From NCBI GenBank assembly GCA_950097015.1, contig CATNEN010000038.1, forward strand, positions 24,056,001 to 24,120,000: a stretch of 64,000 nt of DNA. The letters run 5' to 3'. The DNA is from Macrostomum hystrix (taxonomy: Eukaryota > Animalia > Platyhelminthes). Position numbers and translations under genes: made by a program. Below, in pieces: positions 26,543 to 38,179 of this stretch; within the stretch, counting starts at the first letter, position 1, and the number at the start of each line of letters is the position of its first letter. The notes below the pieces were generated by a model, which was not told the DNA's origin, did not search any database, and worked only from the letters and a program-made list of their open reading frames with translations.

Positions 26543-29500
26543 ATGGCAGATGATCGCCAATGCGGCGTTGGCAACTGCGCCTTAACCGAGCTTCTGCCCG
26601 AACTATTAGAATTTCTTAGCCAAGACTTGGAACGCGAACAGCTGACCTCAGTTGGAAGAGAACGGCAGCGCTCACTTCTCAGACAGGTGAGCCTGCTGCG
26701 CATAGCTCAATGCGGCCTGCCTACTCAAGCTGCCGAGATGAGGCGTAGCCAGCCTCCGCCTGTGCCGCCTCACGGAAATCACCAGCAACAGCAGCAGCAG
26801 TCCAGCGTTGGTATTGGCGGATTTCTTAGTGACGCCCTGTTTCCTAGAAGATCGCACTTAACTAGCAGCGGCAGAAATCACGGTGAGAATAATAATAATT
26901 ATTATTGGCCACTCTTATAACGATCGCTTATCTCTAGGAAAAGCCGGGGCTTGAAAATGGGCATTGGGATTAATAGTACAAAAATTTTTTTTGCAGTAGG
27001 GCTGTAGGCAGCGGCACATTATCTGGTGACAGAAGTCCGCGGTCCGCGATGTGTACATCTGCCTTGACCTTCTCATCGTCAGGCAGTGTACACTTCACTG
27101 TGCCTTGGAGGTTGGCCCTAAATGGTGCAAATTGTGCGACAAGCCTCCCAAGCCTTTTCTCCGCGGCTGCGCCCCAAATAAATGTGGCCTCGCCTTGGAA
27201 TCGAACTTAGGAATCGTGTTGCGAGAGGCAGACGCGTTAACCGCTCTGCCACCGACCCCCCTCACGATTGGTTTTGATTTTCTTTAATTTTCTAGCGCCT
27301 CTTAAAAACTAAGGCTTTGAAAAATCATCATTCAATAAAATTCTTTTATTTTATTTTCAGACCCCAAAAACAGGATGTCGCTACCCCCGCAAGTGTTTTC
27401 TAAGTAAGTGTCTGATAATAAAATAATATCATTACTTTTCTAATTATGAAAAAATAATGTGCCATGTTAATATTCTGTTTTATGTGTATTTTTAGTCTGG
27501 GCTTTCAATTCGATAAACATGAGACTGTGGACGATACAGGTAAAAACTTCAGCTTTCTGTGAAGTTCAATTATTAATATTTCTACTTTAGTGCATTTACT
27601 AATTTAGACTTGTGTACTTTAACAATTTTTTTAACGCTCATTTCAGTTTACGAAACACCAATTTCGAAAGATTGTGAAGATCCGCTATTGTAAGTCTTAT
27701 TTTCTGTTTTCTTCTAAGCTCAAATTTTGGAATACGTATTAGAATCCCATCTCCAATATTCAGGTGTAGTATTAGAATCCCATCTCCAATATTCAGGTGT
27801 AGTATTAGAATCCCATCTCCAATATTCAGGTGTAGTGTTAGAATACCATCTCCAATATTCAGGTGTAGTGTTAGAATACCATCTCCAATATTCAGGTGTA
27901 GTGTTAGAATACCATCTCCAATATTCAGGTGTAGTGTTAGAATCCCATCTCCAATATTCAGGTGTAGTGTTAGAATCCCATCTCCAATATTCAGGTGTAG
28001 TGTTAGAATCCCATCTCCAATATTCAGGTGTAGTGTTAGAATCCCATCTCCAATATTCAGGTGTAGTGTTAGAATCCCATCTCCAATATTCAGGTGCAGT
28101 GTTAGAATACCATCTCCAATATTCAGGTGGGGAATTAGAATCCCATCTCCAATATTCAGGTGTAGTGTTAGAATCCCATCTCCAATATTCAGGTGTAGTA
28201 TTAGAATCCCATCTCCAATATTCAGGTGGGGAATTAGAATCCCATCTCCAATATTCAGGTGTAGTATTAGAATACCATCTCCAATATTCAGGTGCAGTGT
28301 TAGAATCCCATCTCCAATATTCAGGTGGGGAATTAGAATCCCATCTCCAATATTCAGGTGCAGTGTTAGAATCTCCAATATTCAGGTGCAGTGTTAGAAT
28401 CTCCAATATTCAGGTGTAGTGTTAGAATACCATCTCCAATATTCAGGTGTAGTGTTAGAATCCCATCTCCAATATTCAGGTGCAGTGTTAGAATACCATC
28501 TCCAATATTCAGGTGCAGTGTTAGAATACCATCTCCAATATTCAGGTGCAGTGTTAGAATACCATCTCCAATATTCAGGTGCAGTGTTAGAATCCCATCT
28601 TCAATATTCAGGTGCAGTGTTAGAATCCCATCTCCAATATTCAGGTGCAGTGTTAGAATCCCATCTCCAATATACAGGTGTAGTGTTAGAATCCCATCTC
28701 CAATATTCAGGTGGGGAATTAGAATCCCATCTCCAATATTCAGGTGTTGCATTAGAATTCCATCTCCAATATTCAGGTGCAGTGTTAGAATACCATCTCC
28801 AATATTCAGGTGCAGTGTTAGAATACCATCTCCAATATTCAGGTGCAGTGTTAGAATCCCATCTCCAATATTCAGGTGCAGTGTTAGAATCCCATCTCCA
28901 ATATTCAGGTGTAGTGTTAGAATACCATCTCCAATATTCAGGTGCAGTGTTAGAATCCCATCTCCAATATTCAGGTGCAGTGTTAGAATACCATCTCCAA
29001 TATTCAGGTGCAGTGTTAGAATACCATCTCCAATATTCAGGTGCAGTGTTAGAATACCATCTCCAATATTCAGGTGCAGTGTTAGAATACCATCTCCAAT
29101 ATTCAGGTGTAGTGTTAGAATACCATCTCCAATATTCAGGTGCAGTGTTAGAATCCCATCTCCAATATTCAGGTGCAGTGTTAGAATACCATCTCCAATA
29201 TTCAGGTGCAGTGTTAGAATCCCATCTCCAATATTCAGGTGCAGTGTTAGAATACCATCTCCAATATTCAGGTGCAGTGTTAGAATCCCATCTCCAATAT
29301 TCAGGTGCAGTGTTAGAATACCATCTCCAATATTCAGGTGCAGTGTTAGAATACCATCTCCAATATTCAGGTGCAGTGTTAGAATACCATCTCCAATATT
29401 CAGGTGCAGTGTTAGAATACCATCTCCAATATTCAGGTGCAGTGTTAGAATACCATCTCCAATATTCAGGTGCAGTGTTAGAATACCATCTCCAATATTC

Positions 29501-32500
29501 AGGTGCAGTGTTAGAATCCCATCTCCAATATTCAGGTGCAGTGTTAGAATACCATCTCCAATATTCAGGTGCAGTGTTAGAATACCATCTCCAATATTCA
29601 GGTGCAGTGTTAGAATACCATCTCCAATATTCAGGTGCAGTGTTAGAATACCATCTCCAATATTCAGGTGCAGTGTTAGAATACCATCTCCAATATTCAG
29701 GTGCAGTGTTAGAATCCCATCTCCAATATTCAGGTGTTGCATTAGAATCCCATCTCCAATATTCAGGTGTAGTGTTAGAATACCATCTTCAATATTCAGG
29801 TGCAGTGTTAGAATCCCATCTCCAATATTCAGGTGCAGTGTTAGAATCCCATCTCCAATATACAGGTGTAGTGTTAGAATACCATCTCCAATATTCAGGT
29901 GGGGAATTAGAATCCCATCTCCAATATTCAGGTGTTGCATTAGAATTCCATCTCCAATATTCAGGTGCAGTGTTAGAATCCCATCTCCAATATTCAGGTG
30001 CAGTGTTAGAATCCCATCTCCAATATTCAGGTGTAGTGTTAGAATCCCATCTCCAATATTCAGGTGTAGTGTTGGAATCCCATCTCCAATATTCAGGTGC
30101 AGTGTTAGAATCCCATCTCCAATATTCAGGTGCAGTGTTAGAATCCCATCTTCAATATTCAGGTGCAGTGTTAGAATCTCCAATATTCAGGTGCAGTGTT
30201 AGAATACCATCTCCAATATTCAGGTGCAGTGTTAGAATCCCATCTCCAATATTCAGGTGCAGTGTTAGAATCCCATCTCCAATATTCAGGTGCAGTGTTA
30301 GAATACCATCTCCAATATTCAGGTGTAGTGTTAGAATCCCATCTCCAATATTCAGGTGCAGTGTTAGAATCCCATCTCCAATATTCAGGTGCAGTGTTAG
30401 AATCCCATCTCCAATATTCAGGTGCAGTGTTAGAATACCATCTCCAATATTCAGGTGTAGTGTTAGAATCTCCAATATTCAGGTGTAGTGTTAGAATCCC
30501 ATCTCCAATATTCAGGTGCAGTGTTAGAATACCATCTCCAATATTCAGGTGCAGTGTTAGAATCCCATCTCCAATATTCAGGTGCAGTGTTAGAATCCCA
30601 TCTCCAATATACAGGTGTAGTGTTAGAATCCCATCTCCAATATTCAGGTGGGGAATTAGAATCCCATCTCCAATATTCAGGTGTTGCATTAGAATTCCAT
30701 CTCCAATATTCAGGTGCAGTGTTAGAATCCCATCTCCAATATTCAGGTGCAGTGTTAGAATCCCATCTCCAATATTCAGGTGCAGTGTTAGAATACCATC
30801 TCCAATATTCAGGTGCAGTGTTAGAATACCATCTCCAATATTCAGGTGCAGTGTTAGAATACCATCTCCAATATTCAGGTGCAGTGTTAGAATACCATCT
30901 CCAATATTCAGGTGCAGTGTTAGAATCCCATCTCCAATATTCAGGTGTTGCATTAGAATCCCATCTCCAATATTCAGGTGCAGTGTTAGAATCCCATCTC
31001 CAATATTCAGGTGTTGCATTAGAATCCCATCTCCAATATTCAGGTGTAGTGTTAGAATCCCATCTCCAATATTCAGGTGCAGTGTTAGAATACCATCTTC
31101 AATATTCAGGTGCAGTGTTAGAATCCCATCTCCAATATACAGGTGTAGTGTTAGAATACCATCTCCAATATTCAGGTGGGGAATTAGAATCCCATCTCCA
31201 ATATTCAGGTGCAGTGTTAGAATTCCATCTCCAATATTCAGGTGCAGTGTTAGAATCCCATCTCCAATATTCAGGTGCAGTGTTAGAATCCCATCTCCAA
31301 TATTCAGGTGTAGTGTTAGAATCCCATCTCCAATATTCAGGTGTTGCATTAGAATTCCATCTCCAATATTCAGGTGCAGTGTTAGAATCCCATCTCCAAT
31401 ATTCAGGTGCAGTGTTAGAATCCCATCTTCAATATTCAGGTGCAGTGTTAGAATCCCATCTCCAATATTCAGGTGCAGTGTTAGAATCCCATCTCCAATA
31501 TTCAGGTGCAGTGTTAGAATCCCATCTCCAATATTCAGGTGCAGTGTTAGAATACCGTCTCCAATATTCAGGTGCAGTGTTAGAATACCATCTCCAATAT
31601 TCAGGTGCAGTGTTAGAATCCCATCTCCAATATTCAGGTGCAGTGTTAGAATCCCATCTCCAATATTCAGGTGCAGTGTTAGAATACCATCTCCAATATT
31701 CAGGTGCAGTGTTAGAATCCCATCTCCAATATTCAGGTGCAGTGTTAGAATCTCCAATATTCAGGTGTAGTGTTAGAATACCATCTCCAATATTCAGGTG
31801 CAGTGTTAGAATCCCATCTTCAATATTCAGGTGCAGTGTTAGAATCCCATCTCCAATATTCAGGTGCAGTGTTAGAATCCCATCTCCAATATACAGGTGT
31901 AGTGTTAGAATCCCATCTCCAATATTCAGGTGGGGAATTAGAATCCCATCTCCAATATTCAGGTGTTGCATTAGAATTCCATCTCCAATATTCAGGTGCA
32001 GTGTTAGAATCCCATCTCCAATATTCAGGTGCAGTGTTAGAATCCCATCTCCAATATTCAGGTGTAGTGTTAGAATCCCATCTCCAATATTCAGGTGTAG
32101 TGTTAGAATCCCATCTCCAATATTCAAGTGCAGTGTTAGAATCCCATCTCCAATATTCAGGTGTAGTGTTAGAATCCCATCTCCAATATTCAGGTGTAGT
32201 GTTAGAATCCCATCTCCAATATTCAGGTGCAGTGTTAGAATCCCATCTCCAGTTCTCAGGTTTGGCATTAGAATTCCATATCTAATTCTCAGGTTTGGCA
32301 TTAGAATTCCATATCTAATTCTCAGGTGTTGCATTAGAATCCCATCTCCAATTCTCAGGTGTTGCATTAGAATCCCATCTCCAATTCTCAGGTGTTGCAT
32401 TAGAATCCTCATGTCCAGTTCTCAGGTGTGTTATTAAAATCCCATCATTAATATTCAAGTTTGGTTTCGATTTCAGATTGCCGGGACGGCGAGTCGTTGG

Positions 32501-35026
32501 GCCTGCGACAGCTGCAGCTGCAGCTCCGAGCATCTCAGGCACTCTTCGCTATCGTCACGAGGACACCTGCCGTTGGCAGCGCTACGCCACTTGTCTCCTA
32601 ATGCCGGCTGGTTGCAGACTGATCTGCTTCAAGACCTCCAGAACAAGCAGCAGTCCCGCCCTGACCCTGCTATTGGCTGGCTATGTTGCTATCTATGTTG
32701 AGCAAGAATCTTCCGCTAGTCATGTGATCAAACTAGCCCACATTAGATTGCCAACGCATGCCCTATCAGCTGACACGGAGTTAGAGGCCAGAGAATGGAT
32801 TTCTAAGATCAATAGTTGTCAGCAGCAGCAACAGCATCCGATCTATGCTCAAGTACCTTTGGCTGGTTTTGATCAGGAGCCAGATAGCGGCATCTCTGGC
32901 CCCGTGTCTTCTAGTTCTACAGATTCTTATGAGCAGCAGCAGCCGCTGCCGCCACCGCCGCCGCCGCAGCAGCAGAAGCAAAGGCTGACAAAATCTGCTA
33001 GTTTCACACCGGGTTTTGGTAAATATAATAATAGATTGCATCGAAATATTTAGAATTATGCCAATGCTATCCTATCTTATGATTATCTTACGAATGCTAA
33101 TTAGATCAATAAGGAAAGAAAACACAAGAAGCTAGAATGGTTTGTAGCAAATCCTGCAAACTCCAAATATTTATTTGATAGTAGATTGACTAATTTGTTT
33201 AGAATTATGTTTTCATTTATGCTACTTACAAGTAGCTTAAGCGAGTATTCTTTTTGTATAAATTAGTTAAAAGAGGAAATCGGACATTTGCTTAACTTTA
33301 AATATTTTATTCACAATGCAGGTCAGCAGCAGCAGCAGCATTCAGTGGATCATCATCCAGCTGACGTCCCCGGAGCTGCACACATTCGTCAGCAGTCGGC
33401 CTCTAGCGCTAGCAGCGGCGGCGGGTTCATGCGTCGATTTCGCGACTCCTTCGGTGCAGGCGGCTCGCATCGTCGGCGTCATCGTCGAGCGGCCGCAGCC
33501 GAAGCCGCGGCAGCCGCTGCCATGGCCGCGTCGGCAGCGGCTGCAGCCGAAGCCGAAGATAATCTGGCGGCCGACTGCCTAGTCGAAGGCGACGCTGAAG
33601 TTCGTCTAGGCGGCCGCGGCAGCTGGCAGCCTTGTCGGGCGCGGCTTCGACGCGGCGGCCGACTCTGCCTACCAGGAGTGACGCCGACGCCTGTGCAACT
33701 GGACGACCGCATCCGCCTGCTGCCGCTGGGCGACGAGACGGCCGCCGATGGCGCGAATCGCGAATCAGCCGTGATAGAGAGTCTTGTAGCTGGTCAGGTT
33801 GTTCGACGTAGAAAGCATCAGCAGCGAAGCAGTGGGGCTGGCAGACTGTGCGGTGTTCGCCTTGTCCAGGTGAGTTAGTGAAAGTGGCTTAAAAATTAGG
33901 GTTAAACCAAAGTTCCTAAGCTCGATTCCGCGGCGAGGCAACATTCATTTGGGGCGCAGCCGCGGAGAGAAGGCTTGAGGGCCAACCTCCAAGGCGCAGT
34001 GAGGGTGTACACTGCCTGACGAGGAGAAGTCGGGGCAGATGTACACACTTGCGTGTGCGTGTGTGCTCAGGAGTCAGCGAAATGGGCAGAATTGCCTCCT
34101 CGCTGGCTGCGGGTTACCAAATCATGTGCTTTTGCCCACAACCCTCCTGCAACTATTATCATTATTATCAAAAAGGGCTTGTAGTCTAGTGTTTAGAGAG
34201 TTGGACTCACAACTGAGAGGTCGGGGGTTCGATTCCTGATTCCAATGGAACAGTTTTCTGTAGATCTGAGCCAAATATAATAATAATAATATTGATCACA
34301 CCTGCCCCAATTGGGTCAGATGTGCAGCCGACAGCACAGCCGCAGCTATTGCTGGCGCATCTGAAGGCTGTTCAGTCCAAGGACTGGGCGGGAGGAGCCG
34401 CAAAAACCACCCTCAATTAGAACCAATCCAGAGTTAAGTGTCTTGCTAATGGACACAAATCGTTATAATAAAGTCGGGAATCGATCCCCTTACCTTCAAG
34501 TCGATGCTCTAGCCGCAGGGCTACAACCTCCTCCGGTATCAACAAGGTAAAAATCATGAGCATTAATAAATTCCCAAACATTCAGGAACCAACACCCGGC
34601 TCCTCTGTCGCCGCTGTCCCCAGTGTGCTAGTTGAAATTCGCGGCCTTGACAAACTAGCTCTAGGCGAATGGATCAAACACCTGGCCCTGGCTACTGGTT
34701 TGGCGCCGCACTATGAACCTCTGGCTGCCGAATTGTTGGATTTAAGCAGCGCTAGAGCTCTAGATAGTCGGCGACGTGCTTCAATGCCCGAGCGTCAACT
34801 AAATCGTCTAGCCGATGTTGTCGCCAGGGCGCCGCGTCCCCTGCCGCCACTGCCGGACACGTCCACCGTCAGCTTGCACGATGCAGGGGTCACACCGGCT
34901 GGCACGACTGTGCCATTCTGTCTGCAGTACGACCTGTCGCACGCCGATTCCGACGATGCCGACGAGAATCAGGGCCAGCTTGTTTGGAAAAGAGGCGGCT
35001 GCGGCGGCGGTGGCAGTTTGGACTAA
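26543..35026 (+). CDS. AFAP1-family-like adaptor with two PH domains; exons 26543-26882, 27361-27403, 27496-27539, 27647-27689, 32477-33018, 33322-33869 and 34586-35026
   Basis: All six introns are GT-AG and phase-compatible with no stops. The N-terminal LTELLPELLEFLSQDLEREQLTSVGRERQ resembles the AFAP1 N-terminal helix. It contains a proline-rich PPPVPP, a YETP motif, PH1 (ISGTLRYR...LICFKTS...EAREWISKI) and a split PH2 (EGDAEV...SWQPCRARL ... LGEWIKHL). Family assignment is from recalled motifs. Confidence 0.78.
27049..27261 (-). mobile_element. SINE family A, 5' half, in the first coding intron of the AFAP1-like gene
   Basis: Clear homology to 966-1177, including the tRNA-like head with B box GTTCGATTCC. 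Confidence 0.85.
27739..32460. repeat. 33-bp minisatellite (TTAGAATCCCATCTCCAATATTCAGGTGCAGTG) filling intron 27690-32476
   Basis: About 4.7 kb of tandem units with recurring variant blocks and occasional 5-bp-deleted units. Confidence 0.97.
33914..34170 (+). mobile_element. SINE family A, head-truncated with internal deletions
   Basis: Homologous to the reverse complement of 801-1177; ends in a TATTATCATTATTATC tail. Confidence 0.85.
34175..34425 (+). mobile_element. tRNA-derived SINE, family B
   Basis: A-box-like TAGTCTAGTGTTTAG and B box GGTTCGATTCC (34226-34236), followed by a non-tRNA body; no acceptor-stem pairing. Confidence 0.55.
34432..34524 (-). mobile_element. tRNA-derived SINE fragment, family C
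   Basis: The minus strand reads GTAGCCCCTGCGGCTAGAGC...GATCGATTCCC...GTGTCCATTAGCAAGACACTTAAC. The last word resembles the GTGTCCTTGAGCAAGRCACTTAAC box common to metazoan SINE central domains. Confidence 0.55.
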
Positions 35027-35107
35027 GAAAATGCTGGGCTGTCTCCTGCCAACTGTCTGTCTGTCTGTCTCTTATCCTCTTACCTTTCTACCGGGGCTAC
35101 TTCACAA

Positions 35108-35527
35108 CCCGCTAAAAATAGGGATGTTTCTTTGGGTGATTCCAGTTGGAATCTGCTGTGTTTCCAGAAAAAGAAACAGCCGAACGCTGGAAACATACCA
35201 ATTGGATGATTCCATGCTTAGAATCTACCCAACTGGGCGTTTTCTCGGTGCTTCTTGGTGGCGAAATGGAATCACCCAAAGAATCCTCCAGTTCGGAAGA
35301 TTCCATGCTCAGAAACCGCCGAGGAATCGCCCGTAAATAATTCTCTGGTTGTCCCATGGGCCACTGGTTCGGGTGATTCTTCGGCGGTTTCCGCACAATT
35401 TACGGTTGAATCGGCTGCTTCCTGGGTGGTTTCTTTAACTCTTGCGAGATAAGGGGTGATTTTGGTAGATTCCACTCCTATTTTGCACAAAAAACCCGCC
35501 GAAGAAGCAGCCGATTTTTTTACAGGG
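35108..35527. mobile_element. Possible non-autonomous DNA transposon relic
   Basis: Imperfect inverted ends CCCGCTAAAAATAGG / CCGATTTTTTTACAGGG and inverted internal words (GAAACAGCCGA, TCGGCTGCTTC, GAAGCAGCCGA). No convincing TSD. Confidence 0.35.
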
Positions 35528-36487
35528 ATAGAATAGAATGACCGATTTCCTTAAAAGTTCAACCATTTGGATCAACATTTTTCATCCTTTACTTTCGGAG
35601 CCGTCCGACGTCAGCATCAGATATAGATAGATAGATATTCAACGAGATATTCAACGATTCTCGTCGAGGTGTCTGGTACTGTCTTCTGTCTTCTTTTGCA
35701 CTTCTTTTGGCACAAATTTTCCAATTAACCGATAAAAATTCGAAACTTTTTTAAACGGCCTTTTCTTGCAAACCAAATTGTGTCTTTTTTAGATTTCGAG
35801 TACTTCGACATACTACTTATGATAACTAAATAGTAGTATCACTAGTTTTTATTCCAGTTTTTTCGCATAAAGTAGCAAATACTTTACTGACACATTTTCG
35901 TCGTTATAATTTTCGGTTGCGTTTCTATATTTTATAATCGTGGCCAAGTAATTAATATTAACTTACTGAATATTAAATACTTGATTAAAAGTTCATTGGC
36001 TCTGAGCTGTGGATTTTTTTACATTTGTCTATTTTTTCGTTGTGTTTTTTGCAACCTAAGAAAGTCAATGTTGACGAGAAATTCAGGTATAACATTGAAA
36101 GTCTTCGGTTTATTTCAAATCCTTTTTTAATAAGCTACTGCGTGCGTTTTCGGTTTTGTGTTGTTAAACGCCGATTCTAAGTATTGTGTACAGGGCCCTG
36201 TTCAGTTTTATATTTATGTCGTCCTTGTGTCATGTTTTATGTCTGGTGTAATCAGTGTTTTGCGAGTTCTTCAAGTATTTTGTTGATGCCAAATTCAACG
36301 GGATGCCAAAGACTAGGGATATTTTGGTTATTCAACTGTTTTGATTAGGCAATTATTCAGCAACCTTTGGGATAACTTGATCCATTTATAGTGTGACTTT
36401 ATTAAATAAAAGCTATTCGTAGGATTTTTTCGTCACAAGTAGACATCAGAAATGTGAATTCCATAAAATTATTGCAAACCAAATATA

Positions 36488-36914
36488 CAGTGGCGCAACC
36501 AGGGGGGGGCGGGGGTGGCGGCCGCCCCCCCTTCGGCCCGCGGGGGCAATGTACGCAAAGGGCAAGCCAAGACGCTTCTTAATAATTATTACCTTATCTC
36601 ATTCCCTGTCCCCCAAGTCCAACGTACATAGACCAAAGACCGAGTCCAAGACCATTGGTCATATATTAATTTTCAAGCTTTCATTATAATCGTGCGTGCG
36701 TTCTGATTTTTTAAACCTTTTAAATCGTCTGGGCCCTACCCTACCGGCCCTTGAAATTGGCCCAGGAATGATGGGCGAAAACCGCGAAATAGAGCGCGCT
36801 CCACCTGGCGGCCGCCCCCCTTCGACCCGCGGGGCAATGTACGCAAAGGGTAATGTACGCAAAGGGCAATGTACGCAAAGACCCCCCCTAAGGCAAAACA
36901 TGGTTGCGCCACTG
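36488..36914. mobile_element. hAT-type MITE
   Basis: Perfect 14-bp TIRs CAGTGGCGCAACCA / TGGTTGCGCCACTG and 8-bp TSD CAAATATA (36480-36487, 36915-36922). Internal direct repeat GGCGGCCGCCCCCCTTCG...GCAATGTACGCAAAGGG. Confidence 0.92.
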
Positions 36915-37545
36915 CAAATATATTTATTCACCTTTTAGTCAGTTATTTTTAATTATATTTTTAACAGTCCAACTGTCTTCTAACTTGGCTTATTGTTAAC
37001 AAATTTAGTTTTATTTTGTGAAATCAGCAACAACTGCACAGTATTTGGCCTAATTAAAATTGTTGCAACTATCAAATAGTCGTAAAAATACTTTAGCAGA
37101 TACTGCAAAATTAATATTTGTTTTTTTAACGAAATTCTCTTTTTCTTGTGCATGCGATCAGTGAATCATGTTTGTATTGTGTATAGTATAATTGATTTTA
37201 ATAATTGTTCATGGTTAGCTGATTTCGCTGATGTATCCTGTGTATTTCTAGTTAATATGGTCTACACAACAGTTTTTTTAATATAAACATATCTAAATAC
37301 ATGTGAGTGTTTTTAAGCACAAGTAATGCATCGAGTTTTTAGGGCAGACAAAACATTTACTTTATTAAAAGATTGCGGTCGTTAAGATTTAGTCTTTTCA
37401 TAATTTAGAGACTGTCTATGGTTTTAAGGCGAAACCGGCTTGCGAGTGTGTGGGGCGGAGGCTGAGCGGAGCCCCCTTTTACTGGGCGTGGGGTCGAGCC
37501 CCTTTGTCAGTGCATAAGGGCTGAGCCCCTTTGGGTCATTTCTGT

Positions 37546-37690
37546 CTGCCCATTTCCGCCGAGCGTGAGCACACACGCGCTCAGATACTGTACGCAGGCT
37601 TAGACTCAATACGGGTTCGTACATCTGCACTTTCGTTCTCACGGTCAGGTAGTCTAATGTATATTCTCACTGTGCCTTGGGGGTTGGCCC
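37546..37690 (-). mobile_element. SINE family A, diverged internal fragment
   Basis: CTGCCCATTTC...GAGCACACACGC...CAGATACTGTACGCAGGC...CTCACTGTGCCTTGG matches about 897-1035. Confidence 0.7.
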
Positions 37691-38179
37691 AGCTCAATCT
37701 ACGAGTACTAGCTGTAGTGGTCCTTTGCCATCGGATCTGCTCGAATACCTAATAATTGCTTTTGCTATTCTCTATTCTTCCAGCAGATTGATTCGCATGA
37801 AAAACTAACAGTTGTCTATTGACTATTAAGTCCCTCTACCTGCTGCAGGTAAAGAACGAGAAGAATAAATTAAAATGCACCGCTTGTGCAGCTGTGCTTT
37901 GAGCTATTGAGTGCAGCCATGTGTTTGCTCATTTCTCTTTCTCTCTCTAGTCTCAAATTTTCAAACTCATCGTGCGATTATAGCGTGACGGGGTCCTAGT
38001 GACAACATCTCGCCCTATACACTCAAATAAGACTATAGAAACTAGACGACACGCTGCAAGAAAAACATAGAGTGCCAGTAAAAGCTTCGCAAAAATATTC
38101 AACCATTTTTTAGAGCATCATCACGCCTTTTACCGTCTCAATCTTGTATTCTTGTTCTATACTAGACAGCCAAAGTGTC

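Noticed and set aside
27638-32437. Long repeat-protein ORFs of up to 689 aa
   Set aside because: They are open in several frames on both strands because the 33-bp unit lacks stops, and they lie within a phase-consistent intron.
34175-34245. Possible tRNA gene (also 39471-39545 and 11764-11830)
   Set aside because: A and B boxes are present, but acceptor and anticodon stems do not pair and a SINE body follows.
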